A stretch of DNA of 63,691 nt, counting the filler, from Octopus bimaculoides (lineage: Eukaryota): the NCBI RefSeq assembly GCF_001194135.2. It is 5 parts of 5 records of this genome, joined end to end, with 100 filler letters (N's around TTAATTAATTAA, not from the genome) between each part and the next. Parts side by side here need not be neighbours in the genome. Positions count along the whole stretch, not along the records: positions 1 to 20,873 come from NC_069004.1; positions 20,974 to 51,673 come from NC_068983.1; 3 more parts are not named here. The stretch is one strand, 5' to 3'. Under the pieces are notes generated by a model. That model did not search any database, was not told where the DNA came from, and was given only the letters and a program-made list of their open reading frames with translations. Below, one piece after another: positions 10,560 to 22,832 of this stretch (the stretch's first letter is position 1; every line of letters starts with the position of its first letter). The position numbers and the translations under genes were made by a program.

Positions 10560-11170
10560 TTAGCTTAACATGTCTTCTCAAGCTCAGCAAATTGCTAGAA
10601 GTCTTGATCCCTTGTCATCTCAGTGGCTTTAAATATCTGAAGATCCTTTCTCACCACTTCGTCCCAAATCTTCCTGAGTCTACCTCTTCAACAGGTTTTC
10701 TGTGCAATTAGAAATTGGCACTTCTTTATGCAGCTCTCCTCCTCTATATGCATCACATGACTACATCAGCACAGTCTCCTCTCTTGCTCACTATATTTAA
10801 TGCCTTTTATACCCAATTTTTCTCTTAAGTCATTTACACTCTGCTGTACATGCGCTCTGACATTACTCATCTGGCAGAGTATGCTGGCTTCATTTCTTTC
10901 AAGTCTTTGCATGTCCTCTGTAGTCACAACCCATATTTCACTGCCATATAGCATAGATGTTTGTACACAGGCATCATACAATCTACCTTTCACTCTGAGG
11001 GAGAGGCCCTTTGTTATCAACAAGGTAACAGCTCTCTGAAAGGTAATAGCTCTCTGAATTTTGCCCAGCCTATTCTTATTCTAACAATTACGCTCTCAGA
11101 GTTTCCTCCTTCACTGCTAACTTGGTCACCTAGGTAATGAAAACTATCTACTACTTCTAAGGATCCCAAT
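10560..11170 (-). mobile_element. RTE LINE RT C-terminal fragment
   Basis: KGLSLRVKGRLYDACVQTSMLYGSEIWVVTTEDMQRLERNEAS; same family as 17539-17915. Confidence 0.85.
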
Positions 11171-11620
11171 GGATATTTGAGTTAGCCTATTTTCTGTACA
11201 TCCCTAGTGTTTATTGTACCTGCACATCTGCCAAACCTAAAGACAAATAATATCAAACAATGACAACATAGAGTAGTGAGTGCTCTCTTTTCATCTGCTA
11301 GATGAGCCATGATGAAATGCACCATGTACATTCTGTAAAAAGGTTGACAAATGAGCAGAGACAGCAAAGGGTTGAGGGGATCTATTGGTCTTGTCAAGGA
11401 CATGACAACATCTCTTGTGCTAATGCAACAATCAAATGCATCCAGTACACTCTAAATTGTGGTTAATATTTGAAAGGGCATGTCTAGCATCACTGTTCCA
11501 AAAATGGAAGTGAGACCTGGTCTTCTGACTTGTGTAGGAGTGCAGTAACACCAAATAAGAATTGATTTGGATCTTGGCAAACTGTCCCATCCATACCATC
11601 ATAGAAAGTAAGTGTAAAAT

Positions 11621-12255
11621 GATGATGGTGTTGATAATGAAGAAAGAAAAGGTGAAGTTGATTTAAGTTGGACCTGAACTCACAAGAAGTAGCATAACCC
11701 ACCATTGTTAAAATAAACAAGCTTTTCCTGATGAACTGAACTTCTCTGTTGTACATAATTACAATTAAGTGTGCTCTGTAAAATTACTGCCTGTAATTGA
11801 ACCTTATAACAGAGAAAGCTATCGCTAAAAAAAGCTGATAAGAGTACTAGCATTAAATTGCACGAGACAGCTGTGCTGGGTGCTCTACGAAACACACATC
11901 ATCCACTCCAAATGGCTCTATCCATTTAGTTTAGTTCAGTATTGTAAGCAGAAGAGTTAAAGCTGCTCCCCCTGATGAAGACAACTGGCCTGCAAGAGTC
12001 TTGTGCTGGTACTATGTAAAAAGCACCCATGTCAGTGCCATGGAAAAGTGCGATAGCTTTCTCTGTTACAAGGTTTAATTGCAGGCAGTAATTTTACAGC
12101 GCACACTTAACTGTAATTATGTTCAACAGAGAAGTTCGGTTCATCAGGAAAAGCTTGTTTATTTTAGCAATGATGGGTTATGCCACATCATGTGAGTTCA
12201 GGTTCCCCCTTAAATTAATTTTACCTTTTCTTTCTTCATTATCAACACCATCATC
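11621..12255. repeat. Long foldback / MITE-like element, ~205-bp arms (11621-11825 and 12050-12255)
   Basis: Arms are reverse complements along their length, e.g. aaataaacaagcttttcctgatgaac / gttcatcaggaaaagcttgtttattt. Confidence 0.9.
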
Positions 12256-12599
12256 GTTCTTCAGGAAAACCACACTGTAATATGAATGTCTTCTAACATT
12301 ATTTATACTAGCAGAAGAACCACCCTGCAAACAGTGAGACTGGACAAATGCCACAAAGCATTATATCCAAAATGCCATCTATTTATGAAAAAAATAAAGG
12401 GAGACAGTATACCAGACAAAATGCCTTGTAGTATTTGTTCTGGTTTTTTACAATCTGATTTCTAAGTTAGTTTTTACTTTCATCCTTCCAGGTTCAGTAA
12501 AATATAAGTACCAGCAAGTACTAGGGTTCATTTAATTGATTACTTCTTCACAAATTTGTGACTGTAACTTTGTTTGAAATTATTATTTACTGTATATAA

Positions 12600-12785
12600 G
12601 GTGATGAGCTGGCAGAATCATTAGCACATTGGACATAACAGTATTTCATCCATCTCTACCTTCTGAGTTCAAATTTCACTAAGTTTGACCTTCCCTTTTT
12701 TCCTTTCAGGGTTGATAAAATAAGTACCAGCTGAGCACTTACCCTCCCCTCCCCTTAAATTGTTGGCTTTATGTTAAAATTTGAA
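12600..12785 (+). mobile_element. tRNA-derived SINE with an aggtcgactttgcctttcatcc...gataaaataagtacc-type core (Meta-SINE-like)
   Basis: Same family at ~15260-15465 (+), ~52300-52470 (-), ~58030-58170 (-) and several copies in 63110-63691 (-). Superfamily assignment is from memory. Confidence 0.7.
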
Positions 12786-12889
12786 ATCTTTATTTATTCT
12801 ATATTGCTTGACTTTATTACACACATTGTGTGTTGGAAACCGTTTTTAAAAAGCTTAATTCCAAAAATATTTGCTTTTTCTCATTTCAG

Positions 12890-13454
12890 GTATTCACTAT
12901 ATTTATTTCACTGGCGTTCGAAATGTTCTTTGTCACGACGATTCACAAGTTCATGTGTATTTAACAGTAAGCAACATACAGACAATAAATCCATTACCAT
13001 CTTGGATAAGCATTATCCCAGAGATTCAGTAACTAACGTTAGTGAAAGTATAGTTTCAAAAATTGGAGAGAACCTTCACAACAAGAAACACCACCCACTT
13101 AACTTAATTCGTCAGCAAATACAGTCATTTATATACAGCTATTTTAGAAACTCACGAGGTAACCCTCTATTTTCAATCTATGACAACCTTAGTCCTGTGG
13201 TCACCACATGGCAAAATTTTGACAGTCTTTTGGTTCCTACTGACCATGTGAGCCGAAAAGTCAGTGACAGTTACTATATTAATTCCAACTTGATGCTCAG
13301 AGCCCACACATCAGCCCATCAGAGTGATCTTATACGATCTGGATTGGATGCGTTTCTAGTGATCGGTGATGTTTATCGCCGTGATTCTATCGACCAATCT
13401 CATTTTCCAGTGTTTCATCAAATTGAAGGAGTTCGACTCTTTACACAACACACG
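12890..13454 (+). CDS. FARS2: Mitochondrial phenylalanyl-tRNA synthetase, large exon (presequence plus catalytic motifs)
   Basis: Acceptor ttgctttttctcatttcag|, donor |gtaagt at 13455 (phase 0). Encodes ...NLHNKKHHPL...LSPVVTTWQNFDSLLVPTDHVSRKVSDSYYIN...MLRAHTSAHQ...GDVYRRDSIDQSHFPVFHQIEGVRLFTQHT, diagnostic of mitochondrial PheRS (class II motif 2). Confidence 0.97.
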
Positions 13455-14086
13455 GTAAGTAGAAGGTTTCTTCAGAGATTTTAGGTCCTCCTCTGCTGCT
13501 CAGCACATTATGCAGCAAGTTTCCTCCATTAGGTTTGAGTCAGTTGCTACTCTTGCATGTCCATTCCATGTAATGTTGACTGTCTTCAGGTCATCTTGAA
13601 ATGTCTACTTCCGAGGGATCTAGCCTGCTCCTTTTATGCTTGCTGACAAGCTGTATCCAAGTCAAAGTAGTTTTCAAGTGCCATTGACTGGCTAGACTGA
13701 GAATGTTGCTAGCCTGGTGGAATTGGCACTCTGCTACAATCTCTTGCAGTGCTTATAACCTTCCTCTTCTTAGAATCTTCTCAGGTGTGACACTGTGCCA
13801 CCAGTTGACCCTTAGGATCTTTCTGAGTCACCTTTGATGGAATACATTTAGTATTTTTACCTGTCCTTACTGCCCTTTCAAGTCTCACTTTGTGGGCTAA
13901 GAAGATTTTTTTAATCATTTGAGCCAAAATATCATCATCATCATCATTGTTTTAATTTTCATCCTCTCCACATCCTTTGCTCCTCCTCTACTCTTCACTC
14001 TTTCTCCTTCCACCCTCCTCCTCTTCCCCCATCCTCATCATTGTTGCCATTGTCAACATCATCATCTTAATCTTTATTGTCAACAT

Positions 14087-14490
14087 AGGTGCAGGCGTGG
14101 CTGTGTGGTAAGAAGTTTGCTTCCTAACTACATGGTTCAGGGTTCAGTCCCACTGTTGGGCAAGTAACTTCTGTTATAGCTTTGGGCCAACCAAAGACTT
14201 GTGAGTGGATTTGGTAGTTGGAAACTGAAAGAAGCCTGTTGCATTTGTTTATGTATATATATGTATGTGTGTCTGTGTTTGTTCCCCACCACTGCCTGAC
14301 AACTGGTGTTGGTGTGTTTATGTCCCTGTGGTTTGGTAAAAGAGACTGATAGAATATATGCCAGGCTTAAAAAAGAAAAAAAAAGAAATAAGCCCTGGGG
14401 TTAACTCATTCAGCTAAAAGTTCTTCAAGTTGGTGTCCCAGCATGGCCACAGTTTAATGACTGAAAGCAAGTAACAGATAAAAGGTAAAA
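14087..14490 (+). mobile_element. Full-length tRNA-derived SINE with internal (TA/TG)n
   Basis: Head ggctgtgtggtaagaagtttgc...ggttcagtcccactg (box A/B-like), central microsatellite, 3' tail ...ccagcatggcc...gactgaaa...taaaag. Lies in FARS2 intron 2. Confidence 0.85.
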
Positions 14491-14889
14491 GGTAATCTCT
14501 CACCATCAAATGTACACTTGCTGTTCTGCCTCTATGTATATCATAGACACACAGAACAGAGTAAACAAAAGAGCTTCTATATAGCCACATAATCTGCTAA
14601 AAATAACAGCCAAATTTCTTTCAAACTGCACTCTACTGGCTTTAAAAAAGAGCAAGGACACATTGGATAATGTAATCCTAGGTAGACATTACCTAAGAAA
14701 GTCAGGGTGACTCTAACTAGAATGCCTTTGATCATAGAGTTACGCATTCAGGGTTGTCCTGAAACTAAGCAATATAAGTAGTTGATGCAGACACACCTGG
14801 CATATGTGTGTGTGTGTTGGAATACAATAACTTTTATATCTCTTTCCAGTGTTTATTTAACATTGTATGTCCTCTTATGTTTGTTCCAG

Positions 14890-15040
14890 TTGTATCAGAA
14901 TGACAACAACCAGTGTCTCTTTGAGGAAGGGGAAAGATTGGATGACAAACAAGCCTATCACAGAAGGGAAATGGTCAAACTAATAGAAGAAGACTTGAAA
15001 ACTTGCTTGCTAAACTTAGCAATCCATTTATTTGGTACCA
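14890..15040 (+). CDS. FARS2: FARS2 next exon (151 nt)
   Basis: Acceptor ttgttccag|, phase 0. LYQNDNNQCLFEEGERLDDKQAYHRREMVKLIEEDLKTCLLNLAIHLFGT matches the FARS2 LFE...KQ..H..E.VKL.E.DLK..L..L..HLFG segment. Donor A|gtaagt at 15041, phase 1. Confidence 0.95.
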
Positions 15041-15774
15041 GTAAGTAGGTTTTATAATACATATGAAAGTATATTTCAATCAAAGCAAAAAAAAACTTCA
15101 ATGAACCCCCTTTCATTAAAATTTCAGGCCTTGTACCTGTATTAAAAACAACTATTATCATTAAAGTGGTTGGTGTTAGGAAGGGCATTCAACTTAAAAA
15201 CCATGCCAAAGTAAATATTGGAGCTTGATACAGTCTTTGGACACATCGGTTCCTATCAACCTAGCAGAATCATTAGTATACCAGACAAAATGCTTAGTGG
15301 CATTTTATCTACCTCTACGTTCTGGGCACAAATTCCACTGAGGTTGACTTTGCCTTTCATTCTTTTGGGGTTGATGAAATAAGAACCAGTTAAGCCCTAG
15401 CTTTGATGTAATTGACTAGCTCCTTCCCCACCAAGATTTCAGGCCTTGTGCCTATAATAGAAAAGATTATTATTATTATAGTTTGTATATTTCACTTCTC
15501 AGATCTCTAAATTTCATTTGTTCTGGCTAATTCTGTAAGAGTGTATGACAAACTTTCTCAAAGGTCTTACAGGATCTCTTTCTACAATACTTAACACCCA
15601 TGTACTAATCTGAAGATCTTTGCTGTTCTCAGTAAAGCAGTTTATTGAGCATGTTCTTCTGCCATGTCAATTCTAATTTCTCCATTAAATTTCTCAAACT
15701 TTGTTCTTAATGCTGATAGTGCTCCTGCCAATTACTAGTATGACAGTTACATGCCCCTACAACTATTATTATTA

Positions 15775-16325
15775 TTATTGAATGAGAGAGCAATGCATGC
15801 CATTAAAGTGACACTGGGGTAAAATATACGAAGCCCAGTATACCCATCATGATTATCCGTCTGATAAGGGGACACCAGGCACATGCATCACAACCATATG
15901 GTGATCTCATATCAAGAGTAAACAGTGCATGACCTTGCAGGTGGGGCCCAGTTAGAATTTTCTTCAGGTTGAGTAGCCCATTCTGCCCAAAAGGTCCCTG
16001 AATAAGGGTTGTTTAAAGATGTTAAATGAAACACCCATGTTTCCACGGGTGAATTATCCCAACCCCAAATAATTCCTCTCAACACATAGCTATGATGCTT
16101 CCCCACTACTTTTGCTCGTGATCAGAGATGCACATATCGTCAGCCACCAAGAGACATGCTCAACTGGTTATGGTCAAACAACTGACGAGCAAATCTGTAG
16201 TATTGAGCAGAATATTTACTGCAGCCCATCTTTTATACCAAGACAAAACGATGTCCATGATAATACTTCCAATCAGTTAAGAGCAGAATCCATGAGGGCC
16301 AGTGTCTGGGACTGCATCAGGGCAT
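15775..16325 (-). mobile_element. Interspersed repeat flanked on both sides by (ATT)n, probable LINE 3' UTR
   Basis: (att)n runs at ~15763-15778 and ~16326-16343 bracket ~550 nt of complex sequence; family assignment uncertain. Confidence 0.45.
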
Positions 16326-16394
16326 TTATTATTATTATTATTACTAGCTGACCCTGTGTCAAAAAATGATGGCTAATTGTAGTATTTTATATAT

Positions 16395-17915
16395 CATCAT
16401 CATCATTATCATCATCGTTTAACGTCCGCTTTCCATGCTAGCATGGGTTGGACGATTTGACTGAGGACTGGTGAAACCGGATGGCAACACCAGGCTCCAG
16501 TCTGATTTGGCAGAGTTTCTACAGCTGGATGCCCTTCCTAACGCCAACCACTCAGAGAGTGTAGTGGGTGCTTTTACGTGTCACCCGCNNNNNNNNNNNN
16601 NNNNNNNNNNNNNNNNNNNNNNNNNNNNNNNNNNNNNNNNNNNNNNNNNNNNNNNNNNNNNNNNNNNNNNNNNNNNNNNNNNNNNNNNNNNNNNNNNNNN
16701 NNNNNNNNNNNNNNNNNNNNNNNNNNNNNNNNNNNNNNNNNNNNNNNNNNNNNNNNNNNNNNNNNNNNNNNNNNNNNNNNNNNNNNNNNNNNNNNNNNNN
16801 NNNNNNNNNNNNNNNNNNNNNNNNNNNNNNNNNNNNNNNNNNNNNNNNNNNNNNNNNNNNNNNNNNNNNNNNNNNNNNNNNNNNNNNNNNNNNNNNNNNN
16901 NNNNNNNNNNNNNNNNNNNNNNNNNNNNNNNNNNNNNNNNNNNNNNNNNNNNNNNNNNNNNNNNNNNNNNNNNNNNNNNNNNNNNNNNNNNNNNNNNNNN
17001 NNNNNNNNNNNNNNNNNNNNNNNNNNNNNNNNNNNNNNNNNNNNNNNNNNNNNNNNNNNNNNNNNNNNNNNNNNNNNNNNNNNNNNNNNNNNNNNNNNNN
17101 NNNNNNNNNNNNNNNNNNNNNNNNNNNNNNNNNNNNNNNNNNNNNNNNNNNNNNNNNNNNNNNNNNNNNNNNNNNNNNNNNNNNNNNNNNNNNNNNNNNN
17201 NNNNNNNNNNNNNNNNNNNNNNNNNNNNNNNNNNNNNNNNNNNNNNNNNNNNNNNNNNNNNNNNNNNNNNNNNNNNNNNNNNNNNNNNNNNNNNNNNNNN
17301 NNNNNNNNNNNNNNNNNNNNNNNNNNNNNNNNNNNNNNNNNNNNNNNNNNNNNNNNNNNNNNNNNNNNNNNNNNNNNNNNNNNNNNNNNNNNNNNNNNNN
17401 NNNNNNNNNNNNNNNNNNNNNNNNNNNNNNNNNNNNNNNNNNNNNNNNNNNNNNNNNNNNNNNNNNNNNNNNNNNNNNNNNNNNNNNNNNNNNNNNNNNN
17501 NNNNNNNNNNNNNNNNNNNNNNNNNNNNNNNNNNNNNNGGTTGTTCGTACGCATGCGTCATACAGTCTGCCTTTTACTCTGAGTGAGAGTCCCTTTGTCG
17601 CCAGCAGGGGTAAGAGCTCTCTAAACTTTGCCCAGGCTATTCTTATTCTAGCAGCTACACTTTCAGCGCACCCACCCCCACTACTAACTTGGTCGCCCAG
17701 ATAGCGGAAGCTATCGACTACCTCTAGTTTTTCACCCTGGAATGAGATAGAAGTTGTTTCCTGTTTGTTTGCAGTCTTTATTGCACCTGAACATCTGCCA
17801 CAAACAAAAACTAACTTGCTAGTTAACCTGCCTTTGATGTTGCTGCACCTCTTATGTGTCCATAGCTTGCACCGGGTACATCTTATAGAGTTACTACCTA
17901 CTCCTTTTCTACGGT
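16395..17915 (-). mobile_element. RTE LINE copy spanning an assembly gap
   Basis: RT C-terminus (RCKLWTHKRCS...GLSLRVKGRLYDACVRT) at 17539-17915 and the 3' UTR with (ATG)n tail at 16395-16588 on the same strand. Confidence 0.85.
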
Positions 17916-17964
17916 ATAATATAAGGTACATAATAATCATACATACAAACATTCACATCCTTAT

Positions 17965-19535
17965 TATTCACTAGTCTTAGTTTTATCATGTGCTTTCACT
18001 GCACTACCGAGCACAGCTCTCCATGCTTTGGGTATGTGCTGTGGTTTCTTGTGGTGCTCTTATTTTCCCTGTATTGAAAATGTTTTACATAGGATGTGTG
18101 TACTATTTTCTGTATGTCCTGGTGTTTTTGTTATGTATTTGTCTGAATGTTTTTTTTTTATCATGCCTAGTGTGTCTACTATAATAGGTATTGTTTCTGT
18201 TTTTAGGCTTCACATTTAAGCTATGTCTCTTTCCAGATCTTTGTATTTTGAAAGTTTCTCCATTTCTTTTAGAGAAATGTTGTTATCTGTTGATATTGAT
18301 ACATAGATTAGAAAGCATTTTTTTCTTGGTGATCTCTGACAACTATATCCAGACTAGTAGCCTTGATTTCTCTATCTGTGTGTATTGGCATATCCCAGAG
18401 TGTAGTTGCTTTCTCATTTTCTGTGACCTTTTCTGTGGTTTTCCTATACCATCTTTTTTCTGTTGTTATTCCATAGTGTTGGCATAGCTTTCAGTGTATA
18501 TAGGTCCCAACTCTGTCGTGTCTGTGAATATATTCCTTCTTAGCCAGGACTGGACAGCCAGAAACAATATGATTTATTGTTTCTTCTCCATCACCACATA
18601 TTCTGCAGTTACTTGTATTTCTTTTCATTACATGTTTTTGGTGATTTCTAGTGGGAAGGCTTTAATCTTGTGCTGCAATGAAAAATCCTTCAGTCTCTGC
18701 CTTGAGTCCTGAGCATCTCAGCCATTGGTGAGATTTTGCTTTGTCTATTTCCTTTCTGTTTAGTTTAACCCAGTATTTGCCATGAAGGGACTTTTCTTAC
18801 CATCGTATTATTATGATCCATTGCTGTTTCAGTTTTAGTTTGGATTTCAGTTGTTTTACAGCTTTTGTTGTTTCTTCTTTTTCTTCATAGTTGTTAGGTA
18901 CTATGACTTCTTTTTTGTATTTTTCAGTTTCCTTAAAAACTGAAAACAGTTTTTTGTTTTGTTCATGTTTTGTAGCTATTTGTATTAGTTTTCCTTGCTT
19001 CTGGAGTATTTCTGTAATCCTATGGATGGTTATTTTGTAATAGTTTTCCAGCTGTATAAGGTCTCTACCAACTTCGATATGTTGTGTATATAACATTTTT
19101 ATGTCAAATTTTGGGTGGTGCATCCTAAATCCTGTCATTATTTTTCTTGTTTTCCTGTCTATTTTGATTAGTTCATTTAGAGTCCAGTTAAGAATATTGT
19201 AGCTGTAACTTATAACTGGGATGGCTAGAGTGTTGATACATATTATCTTGTTTTTTGCATTGAGCTTTGTTTTCAGTGTTAATCTCACTTGTCTATAGTA
19301 TTCCTTTCTTATCTTCTCTTTTATTTGTGTGTGTTGTATCATATCTAGTTCATTGATTCCTTAGTATTTGTATGTTTGGCTTTGGTCTAATTCTCTTATT
19401 TCATTTGCTTTATCTAGTGTGATGTTGCTACTCTTAACTAGTTTTCGTCTTTTCAAGGTTGCTTTGGCACATTTCTCTAAGCCAAATTTCATGTTCATTT
19501 CTTTGGCAAATCCATGTACTGTCTGTGGTAATGTT
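17965..19535 (-). mobile_element. R4/Dong-like REL-endonuclease LINE, 5'-truncated and degenerate
   Basis: LNAKNKIICINTLAIPVISYSYNILNWT...IDRKTRKIMT..MHHPK, a CCHC-type segment and REL motif remnants; ends near an aataataag tail; same family as 62138-63085. Confidence 0.85.
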
Positions 19536-19719
19536 TCATCATCATCATCATCATCATCATTATTAATACGCCGACTTATTGTTTTTGTATGTGCGTACCT
19601 GTGATGTGTGTCACACTTACTTCAAAGGAAGAAGTGAGTGGCAAAGCAGGCGAGAGAAGGACAGAGAGGAAGTGAGAGTGAAAGAGACAGTGAGTGGTGA
19701 CAGTATATATATATATACA

Positions 19720-20105
19720 TGATGGGCTTCTTTCATCTTCCAGCTACAAATTCTACTCACACGGCCTTGGTTGGCCCAAGGCTATAGTAGAAGATACTTG
19801 CCCAAGGTGCCACACAGTGGGACTGAACCTAGAACCATGTGGTTAGTAAGCAAGCTACTTATCACACAGCCACTCCTGTGTCTATATATATGTGTGTGTG
19901 TGTGTGTTTGTGTTTGTCCCCCACCGCCACCATTGCTTGACAACTGATGTTGGTGTGTTTCATCCCCATAATTTAGCAGTTCGGCAGAAGAGACTGATAG
20001 AATAAGCATCAGGCTCACAGAGAATAAGTCCAGGGTTAATTTCTTCAACTAAAGGGCCATGCTCCAGTATGGCCACCGTCAAATGACTGAAACAAGTAAA
20101 AGAAT
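19720..20105. mobile_element. SINE halves in opposite orientation joined at a microsatellite
   Basis: 5' module on - (19720-19880), 3' module on + (19900-20105). Confidence 0.8.
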
Positions 20106-20599
20106 ACCAGAAGAACGTTCCGTACCATTAAACCGAGAAAGTTCTTTAAATATGTTCGATGTATTTTAAGGCTAAATAGTAATTCTGCTTACGTTTGTGT
20201 AACTAAGATATTTTGGTTGGATTATATAGTTATTGGTTTTACACTTCTTTCTATATTCTATAAGTGACACAATATGGAAACATTTCTCATGGCACCAGCC
20301 CACAATTTACAGATGCTTACATTTTTTAATGTTTTCTGTGAAGTTTTCATGGGTCCAGCTAGTTATTATTATGACAATGTTTTGATTTTGCTTTAATTCT
20401 ATATGAGTTGAACCCAAGTCTCAATCAGAGACATTTAGGGCAACAAGGTTTTGCATCTGAAGCTGCTAACAGGTGAGGTGCCATGCATTTGAAAACACTG
20501 ATGTCTGTGGGAGAAAAAAAGCACAGAGTAAGGTTGCATTTACATGGAGAGGAATTTATGTAGAATAAAATATCTGGCAGTGTTGGCTATAGCCTAGTC

Positions 20600-20873
20600 A
20601 CCCGTATTACGAACCAGGTGATACACGAAGGAGTCATACCCTATGACTGGTGTAGCAGCATCATAGTCAACTGCTACAAAGGTAAAGGGGACGCTTTAGA
20701 TACAAATAATTACAGAGGCATCAAGCTGTTAGATCAGGTTATGAAAGTTACAGAGAGGGTCATAGCCCAACTAATTAGGGAGCGAATCAATTTAGATGAG
20801 ATGCAGTTTGGGTTCGTGCCAGGTAAAAGCAAGGATAAACCTCTGTACCTGGCTTTCGTTGACATGGAGAAAG
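20600..20873 (+). mobile_element. RTE LINE RT fragment
   Basis: VNCYKGKGDALDTNNYRGIKLLDQVMKVTERV...EMQFGFVPGKS, fused by deletion to LYLAFVDMEK. Confidence 0.85.
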
Positions 20874-20917
20874 NNNNNNNNNNNNNNNNNNNNNNNNNNN
20901 NNNNNNNNNNNNNNNNN

Positions 20918-20929
20918 TTAATTAATTAA
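20918..20929. other. Artificial scaffold spacer TTAATTAATTAA inside an N run
   Basis: The same 12-mer sits between ~44-N blocks at 20918, 51718, 58829 and 62039; it has stops in all six frames. Confidence 0.85.
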
Positions 20930-21014
20930 NNNNNNNNNNNNNNNNNNNNNNNNNNNNNNNNNNNNNNNNNNNNGCAGGCAGGCAGGCAGACAGACAAGAC
21001 AGACAGACAGATAA

Positions 21015-21045
<31 letters not shown>

Positions 21046-21128
21046 TACATTTCTTTTATTAGCCACACAGGGCTCAACGAAGATGGGACGAATACAATGT
21101 AGAGCTTTCTTTTTGTGAGGGGGAAGGG

Positions 21129-21172
<44 letters not shown>

Positions 21173-21638
21173 TTATTCCTTACATATATCTTTCTTTCTA
21201 TTACCAATATTTACTATTTTGATCATACAATTCTTTGCTATAGCTCCCAAGAAATCATTGATTTGTAATTTCAGCACCATTCCTACGTCCCATCACTTAC
21301 GACCTGCTGACAATAACTCGATAACCTGGAGAAATCGATTTTAGAATTGGGGTAGTGTTAAAATAAAAATAATTTTTAAAAACTCATGATGAAGCATTCC
21401 TACAGGAACAGTGTAAATTTAACAACTGTATATCAAACACACCTCACACACACATATTTACATTTATATACACAGATACACGTATGTATATATGTATGGA
21501 TGTATGTATGTAAGCATGTGTGTATGTATGTACGTATGTATGGATGGATGAATGGATGGATGTGTGTAAGTATATATATATGCATGTATGTATGTGTATA
21601 TATATGCATGTATGTATGTGTATATATATATGTGTGTG

Positions 21639-21696
<58 letters not shown>

Positions 21697-21724
21697 TGTG
21701 TATATATATATATATATATATGTT

Positions 21725-21755
<31 letters not shown>

Positions 21756-21876
21756 CTATATAGATATAGATATATATATATGTATGTATGTATATGTATG
21801 TATTATAGTATTGTTTGGAATTTAAAACTTCTATATTCAATATAATGTGCATGATTGTTTACATACATACATACAT

Positions 21877-21909
<33 letters not shown>

Positions 21910-22419
21910 ACGACAAGTATATGTGTGTGTGTGTGTGTAGTTTTAAAGTTTTAGTGCAAATATATATGTATGTGTTGCTTTATGTATGTTTAATGTTTTT
22001 CATTTTTTTTTCTTTCTTCTCATTTCGTTTAGAACAGTTGTAATACTATCAACGTTTCTAGGCCTTCACCGACTCATCTTCTGGATGAAGAGACGCTGGC
22101 GTGTGTTTCTGCATCTTTCCTTCTATATTTATATATATGAAGTCAATGTCAGTTATATTCGTATTACCAGCAGAGGGTGAAATTTTAACAGTTATATCTA
22201 TACGTCTCCAATTTACAATTTTTAAATGAAAAGTGAATATTATACGTGATATAGTTTATCTTTCTACTATGCTATCAGTATTGCTCTGATCACCAAAAGT
22301 GGCACAGATAAATGCATATACTTACGTGGAGACAGGGAATTACTTCACAAATGCAAAACGTCAGAGGTAAAATTTTTAATTAAAAGAGCGTTTGAGTTCT
22401 CCACTTAAGCGAAGTATTA

Positions 22420-22832
22420 CTCTCTTTTACTCTTTTACTTGTTTCAGTCATTTGACTGTGGCCATGCTGGAGCACCGCCTTTAGTCGAGCAAATCGACCC
22501 CAGGACTTATTCTTTGGATGCCTAGTACTTATTCTATCGGTCTCTTTTGCCGAACCGCTAAGTTACGGGGACGTAAACACACCAGCATCGGTTGTCATGC
22601 AATGTTGGTGGAACAAACACAGACACACAAACACACACATATATATATATATAAATACACATATATACGACGGACTTCTTTCGGTTTCCGTCTACCGAAT
22701 CCACTCACAAGGCTTTGGTCGGCCCGAGGCTATAGTAGAAGACACTTGCCCAAGGTGCCACGCAGTGGGAATGAACCCGGAACCATGTGGTTGATAAGCA
22801 AGCTGCTTACCACACAGCCACTCCTGCGCCTA
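22420..22832 (-). mobile_element. Full-length, low-divergence tRNA-derived SINE
   Basis: Complete reverse-complement copy of the 35039-35722 family, including the (agtaaaag)n tail. Confidence 0.9.

Noticed and set aside
11971-12002. CTGATGAagac...gtc as a hammerhead
   Set aside because: No GAAA core follows the putative stem II.
12771-12889. ORF-track start MLKFEIFIYS... as the FARS2 N-terminus
   Set aside because: The ATG lies in a SINE tail, a strong acceptor sits at 12889, and a phase-compatible ATG exon exists at 8053-8069.
21386-21852. [12 protein letters not shown], poly-X, poly-L/R/I/H ORFs here and throughout
   Set aside because: Translations of microsatellites or N gaps.
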